Assembly (NCBI RefSeq): GCF_964204645.1
Contig: NC_134033.1
Location: forward strand, 13,338,655 to 13,402,654
Reading direction: 5' to 3'
DNA: 64,000 nucleotides
Origin: Tubulanus polymorphus
Lineage: Eukaryota > Animalia > Nemertea
Positions 1-13,262 of the stretch are shown here, piece by piece. Numbering within the stretch: the first letter of the stretch is position 1; every line of letters starts with the position of its first letter. A program made the position numbers and the translations under genes. The notes under the pieces are model-generated. The model was not told the DNA's origin. It did no database searches and was given only the letters and a program-made list of their open reading frames with translations.

Positions 1-248
1 ACAATGTCAGTGGGTGGAAAGAAAATACAGCCAGGAGTTCCAACACACCCTCCCTCGAGACTATACCAATTCGACTTCCGTGGATAATGGAAAAGGGGCA
101 TAACATCCACACTACTTGAGTCCATCATGTCAATGCTAGTTCGTTCCTATTTTCTTAATTTCCGATACCCCTTGGAGTATGGGGTCTACGATTCCTCCGC
201 CTGCTTTTGAACAAGAACGTGATGTTGGGATCTACTAAGAATACTTAC

Positions 249-268
249 GCATCAAACTTGTTATTCAT
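249..268 (-). CDS. EIF4E2: Probable first coding exon of eIF4E2 (4EHP); the rest of the gene lies left of the window
   Basis: Minus strand reads TTGTTTGTAG|...ATG AAT AAC AAG TTT GAT GC|GTAAGT = MNNKFDA plus a phase-2 donor (exon 249-300). This matches the N-terminus I recall for human eIF4E2 (MNNKFDALKDD). Only 7 codons are visible. Candidate upstream leader exons lie at 487-531 and from 598 upward. Confidence 0.55.
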
Positions 269-1905
269 GTTTCCGACAAATAAACCTTTCCAAAATATTC
301 CTACAAACAATGGTAAAATGTGAACAAATATGTGTAAATTGTTGAATTAAACCTCTGGTAAATAAAAATACAATTGAATTTGAATTGATCACTCAGTTTA
401 TGATGAAAAAGCCGAGTTGAGCGATTACCGGAGGAGAAAATATCGATATATGATACATCAATGGAAAGTTTATAACCTAAACTTACCAAAAATAAGTTTA
501 TTCAGTAATCCCTAGGATTAAATAACACACTCTATAGGAAAATAAAATAGGGATCTCGTTTTGTGTATAATAAAGAAAATTTGAATTTGATTCGTACTCA
601 TTTATTCTGCAGAGTTCTCAGAACTGCCATGTCAGGTGTCAGCGCCGCGTCAGGTCTCAAATACACAACTCTTTTAAGCGAAACGTAACGGAACTTACGA
701 ACCATGATCTTTTTATGATTTGAAAATTATGTTCATTTTGTTGGCATAGAGATTCTCTAATATTTATTCATTTTACAAAATGCAATCTTTTTTCTCTATT
801 CAAATTAAATAAAAGAAGACTGATGACACTTCAATCAGAATTTTTCACTATTCGAAGCCGCCGGCGCATGCCAAGCTGTATATCTTTTTTTATCGTGGAT
901 TCTTAAAAAGGAATAAGAGTCCATGGTTTCATTCCACAATTCGGGTTACTTAGGAAAGAGAATAGAAAGTGATCCAAACGAAACCTGGGTCGGGTAACAT
1001 TTAGAATCCAAGTGGCGGAAAAGTCACAATTACTTGGAAATATCGCGTACAATAAAAACGAAAAATCGGACATATATTTCGAAAGTCTTATGTAAAGCCG
1101 AATGCTCCACATTCCAAATCAGTCCACATTGCGTTGTTGGTTCAAAAGAAAACGAAAAATTAAACATCAACTCAGCCTTAAACGTGCATTCTAGAAAGAA
1201 TTGGATTTATAAGTCTAGTATAGTCGCAATCTTCAGTCCACGGCATACTGCCGTCCAAGCTAACTTTTCCGACCCAATTATAGCCTACCCAATACAATTA
1301 ATACATTTGCCAGCAGAACACAATACTAATCAATGAAGTGTGTTCAGTCTTAATACTTTGTGTTGGCACCAATGATACTTCGTGAGTTGACAGTTGTGCT
1401 CAATATTGATACAAACTATTACAATGATATCGCGTTCGATACTAGCTGATACAATAATAGCGGCTCGTAGTTGAAGTTATTATTGATCCAGGCATATTGG
1501 AGGATCCCTGCAGAGAGCAACTACTTTTACGTAAAAATCAAAAACCCTCGAACTACAACTAAATTACGCACTGAGGCCGTATAGAACACTTTGTATTTGC
1601 CGCCTACGAGTAGTTGATCTCATTGGTGGAAATTCGAGCAGCCACAGCGAATCGTATATCGGCGTAACATTTACCTCTGAAGGAAAGCAATTATCTACAA
1701 CACTGACAATGACGATGACTGACATGTAATGGAATACGTAGAATTCTAATGGCGTTCAGATGATCGTGATGATGTGAAAATGAATTCGATGAAAGATGTT
1801 TAGATTTCATTTCTGAGTTCCGTAAGATAGCTTGGTTCGTGCTAGTGAAATTACGCTAGGATAGTTAAGTGTCTGTGTTTAACTGGTTAGGCTAGATCAG
1901 AAAAG

Positions 1906-4900
1906 ATGCAGCCGTGGAAGACGATCAAACCTCGATGGATGATGCTGAATATCATCTTGATGATGGTCATGCTGGAATCTGGAGCTGTTTTAGGAGATAG
2001 CGATCATGGAAACGGAGGGCATTTTCAGAGTAAAAAGAACTTAACGAATACTGCCGGTGAACAGTGCTCTGATGATGTGAAGGTGTTATTTTCAGCTGTG
2101 AACATTGCCGGGATAGAAATGGATGAAATCCCTCATAAAAAAATCCATGGTAGGTACTGTAACTAACTGTGGTACTGTTGAATCTCTAATAAGGAGTGGC
2201 ATGGATTAACATGATATATTAGGACAGATTAACAATTATATAATTGTTTGTGTTAAGCTTTTTATACTGGGATAGGGCTATTAAATATCCTTGTTCAGGT
2301 TCCCGAGCAATATCCAAGCTCACTGCCTGCATTCTTAAGGCCGGCCCATAATTTTGCTGATGATGATTTTTTAAGGTTATTCAGAAACCTTAGATCCGCA
2401 CCCATCCCTGAAAACGTATTTTCACTATGAAACAGCTGCATATTAAACATGATCGAATTTTACGCGCGTTAACGCCTTGCGCCCTTGGATGTGAGCTAGG
2501 CCAATGTCAACTTCCTCTGGCCCTGATTCTGGATATTGATAAAACGGATCTGGTCCAGTTACCAGTGACTAGACTGCCGTCCGGTAACTGACTAAACCGC
2601 AGTCTAGTTAATTACTTAACTGAATTCCGGTTACTGACTAAACAGTTCACAATGACTAGATAATGCAGTCCAATATTCGGCACTGACTAAAACCACGGGC
2701 TAGTCTAGTAATACCCTAACTATAAGCCACAGTCTGACTAATTCGCAGTAACTAAACCAAAAGTCAGAATGACTAGAAACTGCAGTCCAGTTACCAGGTA
2801 TTGACTAAAACCACAAGCTAGTATAGAAATGTCTATCAAAGCGCAATGACTATAAGCAAAAATACATCCTCTTCATGTATTTTTGCTATAAGCCAAAGTC
2901 CGGTTTGACTCATCTTCTCTGTTTACTGACTATGCCAATTTGATTATTGATTAGCGTGGTATGTGTCCTGATTAAGACCAAGCGTGTACATTTAGTATTA
3001 TCGTTTTTGTTTTTCAGATAAAAGAATGAAAATATGCTATGATGGAAGAAAGCAAACCCAATTCAAAAGTTGTTGTACTCGAAAAATGGAACAAAAATAT
3101 AGTACAGCATCTGTAAACAAGATTCATAAGTCGATTCAGGAATCGAGCTCATACCTGAAGAATCTTATCGCGACAAATGCTGCCAAGTTTCAAGGTAGGA
3201 CTAGTTGATTGATATTTTTTAGGGTTTGGTGGTCACGTTCCGCAATAAGGTACCTATGCCACTACTTTGGCGCGTGAGAGTCCACCTGTTTCCCTAGTGG
3301 ACACTCAGTAAGATATTTCAGTTAATTGCGGATCAATTATTCCGATTATAGCAAATCTAATTTCAGATACCATACGCTGAGTGAGAAAGTCAATGTTAAC
3401 TCAATTCATTGTCTATTGAATTAGTCCCTAATGTTAAACTTAATACCAGTATGGTAGTAGATTAAATCGGGCCCTAGTGCATTATTGCGCCATCTAATGC
3501 ATGTTGCCAGAGTGTACCTTATTTAAAAGTGATAAATGAATTAATTTTCAGAATATAATAAATATTTTAAAAAAATTCATTTTTAGATGAGATCGTGAAT
3601 ATGGTCGATACAGCGCGGACGAACACCGACGCGTTGTTCGTTACGACGTACAAGATTCCGGTCGAGGATCGCAAACCATCGATCGACGCGTTATTCATGG
3701 ATTTACAGCAGTATCTGAAAATGCAAGACGTCAACGTCCATGACAGCGTTGCTCAATTCTTCGACAACCTATTTCCGCTTGTGTTTCACAACATCCTCAA
3801 CGATCCGACCGTCACTGACTTCAGTAAAGATTACCAAGAATGTCTGATGGAAATACGCCAACAGGTTTACCCGCATCCGTTCGGCGACGCGCCGCATAAA
3901 CTCAGCCACCTGTTGGCGAAATCGTTGTCTGCTGCGCGCATCTTTCTCAGCGGATTGCGCATCGCGTTGGATACCGTAAACAGCACTGACTACGCCGGTT
4001 TGGAGAAACAGTGCGGACATTCGCTGACCCGTATGCAATTATGTTCGAGCTGCGAGGGCCACGCTCGGCTTAAACCGTGTCACAGTTACTGCGTCGACGT
4101 GATGACCGATTGTCTGGCTAACATCGAACATATAGATTTGCCGTGGAAACGTTTTGTCGTAGCGTTGTCGCGGTTGTCGAGTCACCTGTCCGGAGCGCAC
4201 AGCTTGGAAACCGTACTTTTAAAAAACGTTCATTCGAAAGTCGACGAAGGAATAATGCACGCGATGGAACATAGTTACAAGTTCTACGAAAAGGTAAGAT
4301 AAAGATGGCGAGGATTTAATAGTGACGGCATTAAGTAATTTAGAAATCGTTTTGTCAACTATGAGTACGTATTTGACGAGGTTCCACCGCTGTTCAGATA
4401 GATTTTTTCCTCGATGCATTTCATAATTGGTAAACACTTCCAATAAGTGGCTACTCAATTATGCTCGAGATCCCCGGGGACCTCTAATTCAATTCATCAT
4501 TTTGCATGTTTTGTTGTGAGCCCTATCGATCAATAGGGTATGCGCTATTTTCAAGATGATGAGTAACGTCATCAGCCCAGTCAATGTCAGATGGTCGATC
4601 GGTAGCAGGGTTTCCAGTGGTCCTTCCAAGTCCTTCTTTTGGAAAAAGTTCAGACAAATATCATCATTGTCCTTCTCCGTGAATCCTTCCTTTCGATGAA
4701 ACAGTCCTTCCAAATTTCATTAATTGTATGTATTTTATCGTGGGCAATCTCGTCGCAAATTCAACAGTTTGAATGGGAAAAATTGAGCTGCTATAATTAT
4801 GTCTTTTCCTAAGTGAAGGCGTTGTGAAAATGCTTCCATGGTCCTTATTTTACTGGAAAGTACTTCTTTCTCAGTCTAAAAAGACCTTCCTTTCGGGTCT

Positions 4901-7364
4901 AAAATCGCTGAAAAAGTCCTTCTCAGTACTTCTTTTTTTCCCGGCCTTACCACTGGAAACCCTGAGTAGGTTCTCGCATTCTAATCTACACGTATTTCTC
5001 ATTTGAAAGGTCGTTCAACGATGCGGATACCCGAAAACATCACGCACACAGTTCCCAACTCGCGTTCTGCCGTCTGCCGATAATGCCGCAGCTCACAAGT
5101 CGTCTAGTGAAATAAGTCTCGCGCAGCGTATGAAAGCCGTACTCGTCAGTTTGAATTCATCTCAAGATTTCTATCGCAATATGGCGCAATCGTTATGCGA
5201 CCGTCAAGATATCAGCTCGAAGGAAACGCATAACTGTTTCAACGGTCCGGCGATTGACAGGTCTGTATACGTGATGATAATTTGTTCAGCCTAAAATCCA
5301 TGTATAATATTCTCATTGGCTTAAAAACAATCATAAAATTAAAAAGAGTACAGAGTAAACTGAAACAAGTTTGATTAAAAGCTTTGACCTGTGGATGATT
5401 TATATTGCACAAGTGACTGTAAATGTTGTGGTGCTGTTATGTTGTAAATGTTAGATCTGGTTCAAGAATGTATTTCAATCTACAATCGATGCATGTATCG
5501 TTCATTTATACAAACTTTGAATTATTTTCAGGGTATCTGTGCAGTAAGTAAATATTAGAAATGTCCCGTCGGGTCACTTTTGATGGCTCCTGTGTTCTTA
5601 TTCTCCGGTCTGACCGTTTAATTTTTTTCCAGCGAGGCGAAATCGGGGACGGATTCAAAATTACAAGCGCATCCGAAGAAATCTTCGAGAAAAGTAACAG
5701 ATGTTGGAATTGCCACAACATTGGAGAAATTAAAGATGCTTACTCGGGTATGAAACTTGTTTATTTGTTAATGAATGATTTACCAGTTCGGGTTCCCTAC
5801 AACTCCTCGATTCCTTAAAAAACCCTTCTAAATGATAGCTACTCGAAACTCCTTTCATTTGAGCAAAATGCCCGAAACTTTTTTTTAGAAATCCTTCAAT
5901 TTTGAGCAATTAGGCTTCTCCTAAATCAGTACAATTGGAACCAGGATTTCTTTTTTACCCAATTAGGGGGATATCAAATTAGAGTTTAGGTAGTATGTAG
6001 GATAAAAATTGTCTTTCAGGACTACCTGATTACTGAGATGATTTATTTAGTACCGGTTTTCACTTGTCCATTGATAATACACAAAATCCTGCAATGAAAT
6101 TGTCTTCATATTTCCTGCTATTTCATGACATATGTTGTGTTTTTCGTTCGAGACGGCGTATCGCATTCGAGCATTCGATCATTTCGATACTTACTATTTC
6201 TTTTCTGTTTTTCGGCAGCAAATCCGTCAATTCCAAGAAAAGGGCACGCAGGACGACGGAGTCGTTCGATACAATCCAGGCAGCGGCAGCAACATCGATC
6301 GCGGCTACACCAATAACTTCTACGAATACGACGACGAGGATGATGGCTACGGAACGTCGGGAAGTGGAAGTGGAGGTGGTAATTACTATTTACCATCTCC
6401 GAACAATCATCGTAAGATAAAGGACAAAAATAATAAGAACAACCGTTATGATAGTAAGCGCAGTAAGTATATCTGTTCAGACGCTGATTCCTTAGAAATT
6501 GAAAATTATTTCCGAGCGGAAAATGTCTTTGAAGGCGCCTGAAACTCCTTTCATTTGAACAAAATGTCAGAAACTCCTTTAAATCCTTCAATTTTGAGAA
6601 AAAGGCAATTAGATATTTAAAAGTTGTACATTAGACTTCGCCAGTCAGTATAGTTGGAACCAAGATCTTTTTGTTACCATATTACGCGGTTACCGAATTA
6701 GAAACCAAATTTTACAAGTGTCAAAGATGAATATATTGTGTTCAGCGATTAGTTGCCTTGATATAAAAACTTTAAGTTTCAGGGTGAAATTCTGGTTAAT
6801 AAATAGATTATTAACTAATCTAGTTAATAATATAAATAATACAGCGCCCTATGAGAGAATGATCTTTTCACAATGTAGCGTGTTATTTCGTCTTCAAAAT
6901 TGTTATTGGATATTAAACGCATCATTTCGAGATGTAACTTTTTCTCATTATGGACGAAAACTTGCCCTCGCTCATCATCGCATTGAGAAACCACAAACAT
7001 TGATTCTATTATCAGGACGTTGAAATCTCTTCTATTTATACCGGTGTACAGAGAGTGAAAGCAAAGTGCAATTGCGCTATATAAAATCTATAATTATTAT
7101 TATCATTATTATTATTATGATTGTATTCACTTTCTCACGCAGTACTCGATACGTTTCGTTTCAGAAATTTACCAAGATCCCGATATTTCGTTCGACGACG
7201 ACACGGGCGGCTACAACGAGAAGCAGCGCAATCGATACGAAATCGGTAAGAGCAGCGTGCAGGACCCGAGGGCCGACGGTGCCGTTTTCATCGCGTCGAC
7301 ATTTTTTACCGTTCTGTCGACCGTCGTCGGTTTCGCATTACGCAATATGATGATAATCGGATGA
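1906..7364 (+). CDS. Glypican (GPI-anchored heparan sulfate proteoglycan), complete; paralog group not assigned
   Basis: Phase-consistent GT-AG exons: 1906-2149, 3018-3194, 3587-4293, 5010-5260, (5532-5543 optional), 5633-5747, 6219-6453 or 6462, 7165-7364. Signal peptide; SCCTRKME; FFDNLFPLVF; YQECL; PFGDAP; CxxSLTRMxxCSSC..KPCHSYC..VMTDCLA; CFNG; an acidic patch followed by SGSGSG (GAG attachment sites); hydrophobic C-terminus VFIASTFFTVLSTVVGFAL (GPI signal). Confidence 0.93.
2550..2950. repeat. Degenerate repeat built on (T)GACTA(A/G)A / CAGTC motifs in glypican intron 1
   Basis: Many imperfect copies of tgactaaa..ccacag/gcagtc; related fragments near 36000-36070 and 54450-54510. Confidence 0.55.
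4606..4964. mobile_element. Non-autonomous TIR DNA transposon (MITE) in glypican intron 3
   Basis: Perfect 15-bp terminal inverted repeats CAGGGTTTCCAGTGG / CCACTGGAAACCCTG; flanks GGTAG / AGTAG (possible 5-bp TSD with one mismatch). Confidence 0.75.
5532..5543 (+). CDS. Candidate 12-nt frame-preserving microexon of glypican
   Basis: TTATTTTCAG|GGTATCTGTGCA|GTAAGT. Both ends are phase 2, matching the flanking exons (donor 5260, acceptor 5633). Inclusion changes D-S-E to D-R-V-S-V-H-E. Confidence 0.55.
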
Positions 7365-7557
7365 AAAGCAACAACAACAAAAACACCCGGAGATTTTAAA
7401 CAATTATATATAAATATATATAATAGTTAATGCAGGTCATTTATCTATCTTGAAAGACAAATTTCCTCCCGTGAGAATAAATTCTTCCCGCGCTGCTGTA
7501 CACGCACGCAGAGAGAGAGAAAGAGCTGCCAACCATCCAGTCATATTCATCTCGATC

Positions 7558-7828
7558 AAGCCTAGCTCAGGTCGACTTAAAACCAGACTTTAGATCGTCA
7601 GAGGAACGGCGGATTGCCGATTCGTTCGTCTACGGATCTTAACAACACTCCTCAGGTCGACTATGACTCAATCATCGCCTCATGGTTAGTCGACTCGCCA
7701 TTTTGTCATGCGACGCAATGCTCGCTACTTATTGGCTGTGACGTTAAGATCAGTTGTGAGATGTAGAACTTGTTCTATTCTTACGACCCGACGATCTGAT
7801 CGGATCTGAGTCGACCTGGGTTGGGCTT
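7558..7828. mobile_element. MITE (PIF/Harbinger-like termini) just downstream of the glypican stop codon
   Basis: Imperfect TIRs AAGCCTAGCTCAGGTCGACT / AGTCGACCTGGGTTGGGCTT, plus an inner inverted pair AGATCGTC / GACGATCT. Confidence 0.65.
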
Positions 7829-10800
7829 AAGATTTTAATACATTGTAGCGTTGTTTTAAAAAATTTTCCGAGAAATTGTTTATTTTGCTGTAATTCCATT
7901 CATTTAATTTGAACCCGTTTCGTCAATATTCTCAATAACCCACGGCGTGTTTATTGATGCCCGTTCGGGATACACTAGCGTTTTATTTTCATTCCCGAAT
8001 TTCGACGATAAGAATGTCGTGTAATTCATCATGCTTTTGCGGCCGCTCTGAAATATGACTTTCTTTAAGCGAGTATTAAAGAATGAATTTGTGAAAATTA
8101 TCTACATTTCTTAAATACATCATGTTATCTAACGAGTAATTTTCCGACACTATTATTCATGCAATATTACTTAAGTATCCATACATTATATTAACATAAC
8201 TGTAAACCCACTTGGGGCATTGCCTCGGCCTAGCTATTTATTGCTTTCACACTTTTCCTGAAAAAAACAAACAAAATGATCTAAATTGGTCGTCGCTATG
8301 AAGTCTCTTAGTACGTACGTACATATTAATCGAATGAATTTTTTGATGCGTCTCTGCTGGGATGTTGAGCGTGGTTATTTCCATAATAGATCTGTTGAAC
8401 GTTAGTCGCATCAGTTCCGCGCGAGTGCGCCTGGTGTTCCCTGCTGTACCCTCGTTTGAATACCAAATGTGCTATAATAAAATCGAATTTGAATTTCACG
8501 CTTCGAGCGATTGAATAATCGATGTAAATATTTTACGCGTTTCTAAAAAGCGTCTCGTGTGTCGTGCGTTGATTCTATACTCGCGATGATGTGTATCGTC
8601 GTGGACCTCGCGAGGGCCGAAAAACGAATTGAAGTGATTAAGTCTGAAAGGTTGGCAGTTCGTATAAAACCGATGCGTATACTTAGATTTCACAGAGGAA
8701 ACTGCAAACGTATTATCTTTAGAACTAGTCATTTGAGAAAGATGTTGAAAAAAGATTCGGATTCGTTGAAAACAGCTTTCTTTATATTTTACATCGTCTA
8801 TTTTACTTGATCTAATAAACACGAATAATTATTTGCGCGGCACTGTACTCAAAATCTTCTCCCACATATGATAATAATAATAATAATAATATATTCGTTT
8901 GTGTAACTTGAAAAGTCAAAATTCCGAATTGATTTATATCGTTATAATATTGTAAAACATGATTTTGTAAACTGCTGGCCAGTAGTTGAGATTTTTATAT
9001 GATGAAGAATTGTTCTGTACAAACGAAGAAAGAAAAAATCAAAAACGTGCGATGTTTCTTCATGGAATTGATTTCGAGCTACGATGATTATTGTACACCA
9101 GTAGTTGACAAACGCGAAAACCAGTAATATATACAGTAAACTCCTGACTCGACGTCGATCGAGCTGGAAATTTGGTGAATTTTTACGAAGATTCTTTTTT
9201 TGAGAGTCCCTCGATGTCTCTGGTCAGTAACCGGTCACCTCTCGGCGAACTATTCACCGGTCAAATCTTATCGAGTAAGGGGGCGCAGTTGACTGTTTGT
9301 TTTTTCTAGAGGAATTACTTACTCTGACAATTATGTAAACTATTTGAAATTAAAAATTAACATAGGAATATCCTTATTGGCGTACTGAGTGACGGAATGA
9401 ACTGCAACTCTTTTGGCACACGGTATTGATAACAGTGAACCTTCACTTAGTTCGGCACATTTTTTACGGACTGAAATTATTAAACCTAATGCCTTTAGGA
9501 TTATCATGCTAATTATTATTATATGAAAAGATATGTTTTTACCGAATGCTATATTGCGCTAAAAGATTTGTTTGTCAAGATGTAACAAATGTTGATGAGT
9601 TTATTTCCGTGTGGAGCTTAGTTCGAACGAACGAACGAACGAACGGGGTGCGTAGAGAATGATGCGGGAAGCTTCTCGGCGAACTCAGAGTCAGGTTCCA
9701 GTACTTACTAACGTTAACGGTTACAATTCTAGGTAATTTTTGGAAATCTGGATATTTTGTAATTACATTAAGTGTCTGTACAGAAAATACGTGTGGCAGG
9801 TATCGAATTTGTAAACACAACCGCATTGCTTTATGATATTGTGTTTTAACTAATCGACGCACTATCTGTGTGGCGGCCATTTTGTTTTTAGTGATCACCA
9901 TCGACGATCGATTACATGAAGCTGAAGATGAACCCGTCTTAGGCGTTTATGAAAAAAACAGATTGACTTGCAGATTGTTGGTGCTAGTGTATTAAATAGG
10001 GCCACTTAAATGGTTGTAAAAATCCAAAGTTCTTCGTCGATTGCACAGCTGCGAGTTGTTGGCTGAGTACCTTAGTGGAAGGGTTTGATATTTAACATTT
10101 TATCATATATTTCGTTAACTAATTGTGTAGCGAATAGAACAAAAACGAATTAAGTTTATATGAATATAGAAAATCCGAAAGTGCGTATTAGGTTCCAGGA
10201 TTTAAACGTAAATCTGTTTTGATTATATCTTGTCGATGGATGTTTCGTGAGAGAATTTTGAAGTCTTGTACACGGACTATAATAAGGTCACATTAATTCA
10301 CAGTTATTACGGTAGGGAAATTAGATGTAGGCCGTAGCAAAGTGTACAAATGTATACAGTTTTAAGGTCACCGGTTTACTGATTTTATTAGTCAACAATA
10401 GGGCGCGGAATATTACAATGTGTGGAAATAAGGCATTTAATTCCTATCGTATTATTTCATATACACGTGTGACTTTTCATTGAGTACTTCCCAGTATTTT
10501 AGAGGCCGAATATCGACAGGGTCCCTACGACTCCTCGATTCATTAAAATCTATTCCTAAACTGAATCTTGAGAAATAGGAAATTAGAAATATTTGTCTAG
10601 TTCGTAGTTGTACAGTGAACTACACCTAAATTGGTACCAGTCAGTTCCAGAATTTGTGTTTACCCAATAAGTTCACCCATTTAAAAACCAAATTTAGGTA
10701 GTTTTAAGGATGAAAATTAGGTTTACCAAAATAAACAGTACCGATTTAGGCGAAGTCTGCAGTAATCGGGATATGAAAGTGATGCGGAAGCTTCCTCGAA

Positions 10801-13190
10801 ATTTTCTCCATAAAACCCCTTGAAATCTTATATCCAGAAATTACTGTAGGGACCCTGATCAAATTCCGATTGACTTTTTTGAAAATCGCTCCGATCAAAT
10901 AGGCTTCTCAATCTCTCCATCTTTGGAGACTGACAGATTGAAAATTGATTAGTTTGGCTACCAGTGAGAGGAACAGTAGCCGTGTTATTAACTACTGGTT
11001 TTGGAAGTTCCATAATTTTTGGCGCTTAAACTTGTAATTCGGATATAATAACCAAAATGTATGTTGTTGTTTTACATTTCGTTGAGGGCAATAAGAGGAA
11101 TTTTTTTTAATGTTTTTTTTTTTTAATAGTTTTACTGAATGAATATATTTCAAGAATAGGAACCGGAGTTTAACCTCAAATTTTAAGAAATCCTGGATCG
11201 GTAGAGATTGATTTTTTAATGAAAAGATAATTACGAGTTTTTGTGATTTTCGTCAAATTTTTAGAAATTTTTTCTACCAATGACTAATAAATCCCTAGGA
11301 GATAAGATACATAAAAAGTCTTGCCTTATCATTGTGGATGGCAACACGAACCAGAGCAGATTCCCATTGAGTGTGAAAACTTAAATATAATTCTAGTTGG
11401 AAACATTTCCGAATTGAATAATGCCATCCACTGAGGTGCCATCATCCAGAGATAATCATTATATGAACTGAAATGATCATCAAGAGTGAAGTAGATAATT
11501 TACAAATGTTTTAACAAGTGATTACACACACAATCACTGTTTACTGTAAAGTTTCTGGATAAGAGTGTGACACTGTGTATGTATATATATGATGCTGTCC
11601 TGATTTGAATTCCTAGGACGTAAAACCATTGGGATAAGATATTTTATTAATCAGTTCAACTTAATGTATTATATGAATATATATATATATACACACACAT
11701 TTTGTGTCCATTTTACCTATTTTTTTTAATAACTTGGTTTACGGGCACTGCCTCCGAAATTTGAAGTCAAATGAAAATAAATTCTTTTTTAATTCCTGCC
11801 CGTGGGACAAATTCAGTGAAAAAATCCGCCGAATGAGAATCCTGGTTTGAATGATGAAAAAAATTGAAAAACGCGAGGTTTTTATTTGATTGCAGTGTTA
11901 CAGAATTCGAACTTTCCAAGAATCATTTGTTTGGACATATGTATATTGCCCTATCGACAGTTCCCTCTTCCATCAAAAAGTGATTTTATCTCACTAAGGT
12001 ACTTTTTTATTTCCTCCTCAGAAATGATATTTGAATAGGTCAACCCCGTAAACCAAGCTATCAAAAACAGGCCTTAGAAACCACCGGTTTTATTCGCGTA
12101 CTTGTCTCATTTTTATATGAGCTTTGATTCAAAATGCAGAACATTGTGTAAGCTTAATTACGAACATTAATACTTTTATATGTATACGATGGAATAGCTT
12201 ATATTTATTTTCTTTGATGTAAGCTGATGTTGATTGTTAATTTTTATTTTTACGTAAATGCTTATGTGATATAAACCGATCGAGTATCAGGTAATAACTG
12301 ATATTTGATTTAAACATAACGCGTATACATACAATGCATATGTATATGGCTATGTGTTTCAGTATATATATATATACATCTTCTGTTGATTTTTGTATCT
12401 TTGTAGTCCTTCTGTGCGATCACTATTTTTCAGTAATATACCAGGAATGTCCCTGTTTGTGCTTAAAGGTTTATAGTAGATGTATATGTAAAGTATCTAA
12501 TGTATTTCTAATGCATATATCAAGAAAAAAGTATATAATGGGATTATCTGTGAAACAATAAATCAATACCTGATTATGTACTCTGTGAAATTGGTTGGTG
12601 TTTTGGTTATTGGTCATTCTGCAAGAATATTTGGCGTGTCCCAGAAAATAGAAATTTTGCCACCAGAAAAACTCTGGTTGACACCAGCCACACATATTGG
12701 CAGGTCAGAATATCGTTTGATGTTATTTATTAAACGAAGTGTCAACAATTTGATATCGGATTAAAATGCGGACTTTTTTGGACAGCACGACGCCCCTCAG
12801 CCACAGAGGTTCGGTAAAGATTGGGGGTGAAAAGTAGCTTAGATCATCCAGTTTTTTAAGCTACTTTCACCCCAAACTTCTAGAGCCCAGCTGCGCATTC
12901 AACACACGTTCGGTCATTTTGCACGATTAATCGAAAGATGGCAGAATTGTCGCCTTAAATCAATAAGACTTAATAGTTGGTAAATACCACGCAAGTCTAC
13001 AATACACAGCGCTATACGAGTGCGCTACACTGCGCGTTTATGTGACGGTCTAATACGAAGTAGAAGGTTTTGAAGAAAGATGCGACCGTCTAAGGTTTTA
13101 AGATGGATGATGATATTGTTGAGCACAAGTGTGGGTTGCCTGATCGTAAAAATTTTGATGGAGGGCACCGAAGGTATGTACAAAAATACA

Positions 13191-13262
13191 AGGTTCTACC
13201 GAGACTCGAACTCGGATCGCTGGATTCAGAGTCCAGAGTGCTAACCATTACACCATAGAACC
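13191..13262 (-). tRNA. tRNA-Gln (anticodon CTG)
   Basis: Reverse complement GGTTCTATGGTGTAATGGTTAGCACTCTGGACTCTGAATCCAGCGATCCGAGTTCGAGTCTCGGTAGAACCT (72 nt). Acceptor stem GGTTCTA/TAGAACC, anticodon arm CTGGA-CTCTGAA-TCCAG, A and B boxes, and a TTTTT Pol III terminator just downstream. Confidence 0.96.

Noticed and set aside
598-600. TGA at an exon end read as selenocysteine
   Set aside because: The peptide resembles no selenoprotein I know and no SECIS is visible; a uORF stop is the simpler reading.
6064-6591. Several overlapping ORFs on both strands
   Set aside because: Shadow frames of the GC-richer glypican exon 6219-6462.
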